Part shown: positions 6,101 through 8,428 of the stretch, piece by piece | How positions within the stretch are numbered: the first letter of the stretch is position 1 | Layout of the letters: every line of letters begins with the position of its first letter | From: Allobaculum fili | GTDB taxonomy: Bacteria > Bacillota_I > Bacilli_A > Erysipelotrichales > Erysipelotrichaceae | NCBI RefSeq assembly: GCF_020969955.1 | Contig: NZ_JAHDSX010000065.1 | Location: 1-8,428 of the forward strand | Direction: 5' to 3' | Length of the DNA: 8,428 nucleotides | Notes under the pieces: generated by a model | What the model was told of the DNA's origin: nothing | The model's input: only the letters and a program-made list of their open reading frames with translations | The model's database searches: none | Translations under genes and position numbers: made by a program

Positions 6101-7200
6101 ATCTGATCGACTTTACGGTTGTTCATCCGGCTTCTATCGTCGCATACACCTCACAGTTCTCTGACTCCACAGCGGAAAATGCCGATGGTGCAGCTGTAAA
6201 CATTATTGACGGCAATGAGAAAACGTACTGGCATTCTCACTACAACAATTCACAGGTTATGCCGCAGGTGATTACCTTTGATATGGGCAAGGAAGTTACC
6301 GTCGTTCAGATGAACTTCCTGAACCGCCAGACGAGCACCAATGCCATCTGTAAAGACTTCCTTCTGGAAAGCAGTACAGATGGACAAAACTGGACGGAAG
6401 TTCTGGATTCGACAATGCCGAATACGCAGAAATGGATTCATGTTGCTCTTCCGGAAACCACAGCACGTTACTTCCGCTTCTCGGAAAAGAACAACTACAG
6501 CAGCAATCTCTGGGCTACCATCGCTGAGCTCTCCTTTAATACGCCAGGCGGAATCGACACACGGGCTGGAGACTTCAGTGCCCTGTCCAATCTCGTAGGC
6601 AGAGTCAAGGGCATGGAAGACGGTATGACAAAGGCTTCCTGGGACAACACCAAAGTCGTTCTGGAAAAAGCGGAAGCCATGATCACTGCAAACAACGCCA
6701 GCCAGAGCGAAATCGATGCGACTCTGCAGGATCTGCGTGACGTATCCCGTCAGCTCACCACCAAGTCCTTCCTCCAGAAGGAAATCGACCGCTTCAATGA
6801 CCTCAATGCATCCGACTACACGGCTGCTTCCTGGAAGAACTATACCGATATCCGTACGGAAACGATGAATACGATCGATCAGATCGAAACGCCGATTGAT
6901 ATGGATCGCAAGCTGATGAAACTGGCCAATGCGCGTCTGGATCTGGAAGCCTACGTTCCGGTAACTGTGGATAAGTCTCAGCTGCAGACTGCATTCAACA
7001 AAGCCTATGCTCTGGACTTCACACAGTTCAAGGATGGATATAAAGCTCTCGAAGATAAGAAGGCCGAATATCAGGCCCTTCTGAATTCGGATGAAGCGAC
7101 ACAGGAAGAAGTAAACGCCAAAGCGAAAGAGATCAACAATCAGCTGCTGGCTCTTCGCCTGAAATCAAATTCCGAAAAGCTTTCCGGCATCAAAAAATAA
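3109..7200 (+). CDS. Secreted multidomain exo-alpha-sialidase (neuraminidase), GH33 family
   Basis: The 1363-aa ORF starts with the signal peptide MKKRICSVLLAAALAMPSVMPSYTLTAFA/QEQ. It carries the sialidase (F/Y)RIP motif YRIPSL (4444..4461). Three Asp boxes are present: SDDDGKTW (5068..5091), SDDFGETW (5257..5280) and STDNCESW (5434..5457). GYAYSCLTE holds the likely nucleophile Tyr (5671..5673). A purine-rich RBS, aaggaaaggaaa, precedes the ATG, and two hairpin terminators follow the stop. Confidence 0.95.
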   Translation: MKKRICSVLLAAALAMPSVMPSYTLTAFAQEQNETAPQADTTLLYSHDDLVTLNNGDNPLTVTDVAELAKFAALESFTFETSFTCTNALSTVFFIGNSSQNSHYMNVFVTNGGTVGIETLTASGQKPVDTRVALTNTSFGEEHLLAVSFDAKSTVKFYIDGKLVHSANVTANAVKDVLSGVDYVGFGKGNRASGGNNYPMSGTLKNIRVYSDARSGEQIIQDQLGNLATTAYSGGSVYDANAARKTDTSTESIDSLKDMTEGTWAVRFRMDGSKTNGLSYLASFSQGSVRDNFVSLYLHYYNNEWRAGIDAPGKNIGAYKVIPDTINVTDQHWHDLIAVRSGNNWTFYLDGQSLGTASSTDAGWFNKITAPDTISYGFCKRSQADIMNPFGGSIESIKVYPGVLNAIEAQLASESLSLSGQTTVKDGYLSDKTTLFEVGYDKSAAYRIPSLITTDKGTVIAGIDKRNDGFADQGNIDLAIRRKESGSTEFDDPIIISDLLKKQGGKSAVMIDSLMMQDLDEDSPHKGRIHLLVDMFTQSNAAMESGNQENGDQYLHIGNNAYRAVYKDGESQPYAVVEEDGYGIVYTTTGSGDSIQLGTKTDYTVTLHGPQPFTTLGNLYKNGEYAGNIFMNEDGPDKGELHMKKHMSIWHFYSDDDGKTWSEPQNITPMAKESWMTFFGTGPGRGLQLTNGRLVAPIYTATKNNFGGSQYSATIVSDDFGETWKLKNSPVQDVWGYDRSQGNGNILTEAQCVQLKNSDVLMFMRATGGKVKVARSTDNCESWESIEDTPIANVYCQLSAISYTGKDGKERVMIATPAGPARTHGVVTVGEVQEDGSIDWQIDKAKLMEPTGYAYSCLTEIAPAEDGTKRFANFYELNNDPIVMTYVEFDENYLYSDEEAIENKAPELTFTSAKMVDGKLVVEASADQTVFAAGDVKLQVSCEDETAELALKSGSGSTSLVFEGDIPSDWTYASADSLKEGAELSNVYGKAAVMTKQDLIDFTVVHPASIVAYTSQFSDSTAENADGAAVNIIDGNEKTYWHSHYNNSQVMPQVITFDMGKEVTVVQMNFLNRQTSTNAICKDFLLESSTDGQNWTEVLDSTMPNTQKWIHVALPETTARYFRFSEKNNYSSNLWATIAELSFNTPGGIDTRAGDFSALSNLVGRVKGMEDGMTKASWDNTKVVLEKAEAMITANNASQSEIDATLQDLRDVSRQLTTKSFLQKEIDRFNDLNASDYTAASWKNYTDIRTETMNTIDQIETPIDMDRKLMKLANARLDLEAYVPVTVDKSQLQTAFNKAYALDFTQFKDGYKALEDKKAEYQALLNSDEATQEEVNAKAKEINNQLLALRLKSNSEKLSGIKK
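3235..3750 (+). other. LamG / concanavalin-A-like lectin module 1 (specificity unknown)
   Basis: The stretch ...FTFETSFTC...VFFIGNSSQNSHYMNVFVTNGGTVGIE...HLLAVSFDAKSTVKFYIDGKLV...VDYVGFGKGNR...GTLKNIRVYS shows the usual LamG jelly-roll pattern of alternating beta strands ending in x-G-x-[IL]-x-x-[IV]-[RK]-[IV]-Y. Boundaries are approximate. Confidence 0.6.
3811..4311 (+). other. LamG-like module 2, positioned like the CBM40 sialic-acid-binding module of NanA/NanB-type sialidases
   Basis: The stretch ...GTWAVRFRMDGSKTNGLSYLASFSQGS..NFVSLYLHYYNNEWRAGID...QHWHDLIAVRSGNNWTFYLDGQSLG...ISYGFCKRS...GGSIESIKVYPG lies immediately N-terminal to the catalytic domain. Assigning it to CBM40 rather than generic LamG is an inference. 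Confidence 0.55.
4405..5790 (+). other. GH33 six-bladed beta-propeller catalytic domain, with an inserted domain of about 110 aa (about 4720..5052)
   Basis: The domain contains the YRIP motif, three Asp boxes and the YSCL nucleophile region. Between the early propeller strands and the first Asp box lies a non-propeller stretch, QSNAAMESGNQENGDQYLHIGNNAYRAVYKDG...LYKNGEYAGNIFMNEDGPDKGELHMKKHMS. It sits where NanA/NanB/NanC, leech and Ruminococcus gnavus sialidases carry their insertion domain. Boundaries are approximate. Confidence 0.75.
6124..6540 (+). other. F5/8 type C (discoidin, CBM32-like) carbohydrate-binding module
   Basis: The stretch AAVNIIDGNEKTYWHSHYNN...VITFDMGKEVTVVQMNFLNRQ...ARYFRFSEKNN...LWATIAELSFN matches the characteristic DG...T.WH... 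/ ..R[YF][FV]R. / ..A.I.E[LI] pattern. Confidence 0.8.
6571..7164 (+). repeat. Three FIVAR-like helical repeats at the C-terminus (6571..6756, 6763..6948, 6970..7164)
   Basis: The repeats are: KASWDNTKVVLEKAEAMITANNASQSEIDATLQDLRDVSRQL; YTAASWKNYTDIRTETMNTIDQ...DRKLMKLANARLDLE; and KSQLQTAFNKAYALD...YKALEDKKAEYQALLNSDEATQEEVNAKAKEINNQLLALRLK. All show the pattern (Y/W)T..SW......A...L....A[ST]Q.E[IV][DN]......L......L. Confidence 0.65.
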
Positions 7201-7221
7201 GGATCAAGGCTTGAGATAAAT

Positions 7222-7256
7222 CCGTTTCCAAATCCATATGGAACGGTAAGATTTTT
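7222..7256 (+). terminator. Possible first (weak) terminator after the sialidase gene
   Basis: The stem ccgtttcca (7222..7230) / tggaacgg (7239..7246) has one bulged T and an 8-nt loop. The TTTTT run at 7252..7256 is set back 5 nt from the stem. Confidence 0.4.
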
Positions 7257-7266
7257 CAAAAGCAGT

Positions 7267-7319
7267 AAGGCTGCTGCCTGTCGACGGATTCTATTCCGTT
7301 CACCGGCAGCAGCCTTTTT
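7267..7319 (+). terminator. Rho-independent terminator of the sialidase gene
   Basis: A GC-rich 12-bp stem, aaggctgctgcc (7267..7278) / ggcagcagcctt (7305..7316), has partial inner pairing (acgga/tccgt). It is followed directly by a T run through 7319. Confidence 0.8.
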
Positions 7320-7434
7320 GTATGGACACCGATTCGAAGGAATCGGAGTCCGTCCCGATGAGAAAAAGAGAAAGAAGAATTTCCAACGTCTGTTTTTAAA
7401 CTTCACATAGTGGCTAATTTATGTAACCTGCACA

Positions 7435-7463
7435 ATGAATCTGAAACCGCCGGCCGCTATAAT
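7435..7463 (+). promoter_or_regulatory. Candidate promoter of the Rrf2 regulator gene
   Basis: A perfect -10 TATAAT lies at 7458..7463. The only -35 candidate at 17-bp spacing is a weak ATGAAT (7435..7440). Confidence 0.3.
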
Positions 7464-7528
7464 GTATTAATAAAAAGGGAATGATTAGTTCATTTCGAAA
7501 TCTGCGATCAGGAAAGGAAGTGACCTGT

Positions 7529-7936
7529 ATGATTTCTACCCGTGGACGCTATGCCCTGCGCGTTATGCTTGAACTGGCGAAAGGCGATCCGGATCAATGG
7601 ATTTCCTTAGACTCCATTGCTCAGACACAGCACATGTCGAAGAAATATCTGGAAAGCATTATTCGTTCGCTCGCAGCGGATGGATATGTTCAGGGACTGC
7701 GAGGAAAAGGCGGCGGCTATCGCCTTCTGAGGAAACCAGAAGATATTCGCCTGAGCGAAATTCTTCGCAGTGCTGAGGGAAGTCTGGAATCGGTAGCCTG
7801 TCTGCGAAATCCCGATTATGTCTGTGATCGAAAAGCGGAATGTGAAACGCTGCCGCTGTGGATCCGCTTCGACGGTATGGTGAACGACTTTTTTGACGGA
7901 CTGACGCTCCAGGATCTGGTCGATGGAAACATCTGA
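7529..7936 (+). CDS. Rrf2-family winged-helix transcriptional regulator with three cluster-type cysteines (IscR/NsrR-like)
   Basis: The N-terminus MISTRGRYALRVMLELAK is the canonical Rrf2 start. The wHTH region is ISLDSIAQTQHMSKKYLESIIRSLAADGYVQGLRGKGGGYRL, followed by VACLRNPDYVCDRKAECETL (C91-X7-C99-X5-C105). I prefer the ATG at 7529 (RBS aggaaaggaagtga, 5 nt upstream) over the track start at 7481, because it gives the family-typical N-terminus and a length of 135 aa. Confidence 0.9.
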   Translation: MISTRGRYALRVMLELAKGDPDQWISLDSIAQTQHMSKKYLESIIRSLAADGYVQGLRGKGGGYRLLRKPEDIRLSEILRSAEGSLESVACLRNPDYVCDRKAECETLPLWIRFDGMVNDFFDGLTLQDLVDGNI

Positions 7937-8107
7937 TTGCGCAGGCCCTGATCCCGAACGAGCCGTGAAGAAGGGCAATAAGTTGACATTCTTTTTCGAA
8001 TGACCTAAGCTTAGGAAGCTGTGTTTCTGGAAAGCCGAAAATAAACAGCGGCAGAAAGAAATAAGCCGACTATACGTGAAATTGGTTAAAAAATTCACAA
8101 ATAATGC

Positions 8108-8136
8108 TTGCATCGCCTGGATGCCCGTGTTATTAT
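8108..8136 (+). promoter_or_regulatory. Candidate rRNA-operon promoter P1
   Basis: TTGCAT (8108..8113), a 17-nt spacer, then TATTAT (8131..8136), with an A/T-rich upstream region (ggttaaaaaattcacaaataatg). No credible ORF lies downstream, and a boxA-like leader element follows. Confidence 0.5.
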
Positions 8137-8239
8137 AGTTGAGCGCTCAGGGAAATCGCTTCTCTCAGTCGTCAAATCACCTTTAGATATCTAAGAAAAC
8201 AGCTTAAGTGAAAATCTTGAAGAATTTCACGAATAACTG

Positions 8240-8268
8240 TTGACAGAAATTTCTGACGATGATAGGAT
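8240..8268 (+). promoter_or_regulatory. Candidate rRNA-operon promoter P2
   Basis: TTGACA (8240..8245), a 17-nt spacer, then TAGGAT (8263..8268), 132 bp downstream of P1. Its upstream 32 nt are homologous to the P1 upstream region (see findings). Confidence 0.45.
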
Positions 8269-8311
8269 AAACAAGCCTTGTGAGAGACATTGATCTTCTC
8301 GCAAACAGATG

Positions 8312-8325
8312 GCTCTTTGAAAACT
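8312..8325 (+). promoter_or_regulatory. boxA-like antitermination element of an rrn leader
   Basis: GCTCTTTGAAAACT resembles the E. coli boxA TGCTCTTTAACAA and the TTCTTTGAAAACTAAACA element that I recall preceding Bacillus 16S genes. It lies about 50 nt downstream of P2 in ORF-free sequence. The 16S start (AGAGTTTGATC...) is not in the window. Confidence 0.55.
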
Positions 8326-8428
8326 TTACAGACAGATCAAGAAATTCGAAATACACAACGTCGATTCTTAAAATCACAAAAAGTACTCGAACAATCATTT
8401 ATTCACGAAACATTAAACGCATAAGCGT

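Noticed and set aside
2836-7400. Possible repeats flanking the sialidase cassette: tttaaaaacgttt at 2838..2850 against aacgtctgtttttaaa at 7385..7400, and purine-rich gaaagaaagcgaattcc against gagaaagaagaatttcc.
   Set aside because: The matches are short, A/T- or purine-rich, and need gaps. They are not convincing as IS, integrase or target-site-duplication boundaries.
7140-7406. An 88-aa - strand ORF spanning the sialidase stop and both terminators.
   Set aside because: It runs through two terminator hairpins, is low-complexity (poly-F/K/R/A) and has no RBS.
439-7424. Recurrence of ACATACA/TGTATGT: in the arms of the 439..477 hairpin, twice in the cysK leader repeat, and as a related ACATA-N10-TATGT at 7405..7424 upstream of rrf2. 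This could be a shared regulator motif.
   Set aside because: Once the hairpin symmetry and the tandem duplication are discounted, only two independent 7-mer occurrences remain, plus a 5-bp inverted repeat. That is about what chance predicts in 8.4 kb on both strands.
7983-8011. A third promoter: TTGACA (7983..7988), 17 nt, TAAGCT (8006..8011), preceded by gtgaag...caataag.
   Set aside because: The -10 is poor, and the upstream similarity to the P1/P2 module does not keep the same spacing. It is too weak to list as a feature.
7607-8113. A 168-aa - strand ORF antisense to the rrf2 gene, extending into the P1 promoter region.
   Set aside because: It is antisense to a gene with a canonical Rrf2 N-terminus and wHTH, and it has no motif or RBS.
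8204-8398. A 64-aa - strand ORF in the right-edge non-coding region.
   Set aside because: It overlaps promoter-like and boxA-like elements. It is a hydrophobic, basic, low-complexity product of AT-rich DNA, and the rrn-leader interpretation fits better.

Overview
The window looks like an ordinary chromosomal segment from a Firmicutes-type genome, judged by AGGAGG-type RBSs, hairpin-plus-T-run terminators and an rrn-leader boxA-like CTCTTTGAAAACT. I do not see CRISPR, toxin-antitoxin, a defence island, a retron or a biosynthetic cluster, and I cannot honestly name a new multi-gene system here.

Contents, left to right:
- 1..360 (-): the first 120 codons of an IS5/IS1182-type transposase. It runs off the left edge and is absent from the ORF track.
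- 578..1257 (-): a RibD_C/dihydrofolate-reductase-family gene split into two ORFs by a 1-nt frameshift at an A4 run.
- 1609..2544 (-): cysK, O-acetylserine sulfhydrylase.
- 3109..7200 (+): a 1363-aa secreted multidomain GH33 sialidase. It has a signal peptide, two LamG/CBM40-like modules, a YRIP plus 3 Asp-box propeller with an inserted domain, a beta-sandwich linker, an F5/8-type-C (CBM32-like) module and three FIVAR-like helical repeats. No anchor motif is recognisable.
- 7529..7936 (+): a small Rrf2-family regulator with a C-X7-C-X5-C Fe-S-type cysteine motif.
- about 8076..8428: non-coding DNA that reads as two tandem, mutually similar promoters plus an rRNA-operon leader. The 16S gene itself is not in the window.

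Points most worth a second look:
- The stand-alone sialidase cassette sits exactly between a divergently oriented cysK / Rrf2-regulator pair.
- A perfect 9+9 bp dyad lies over the predicted cysK -35.
- The right-edge promoters share a duplicated upstream module.
- Three DnaA-box-like 9-mers lie in the cysK 3' region.
- The reductase gene is frameshifted next to the IS.

All family assignments come from motif recognition by eye; no searches were run.
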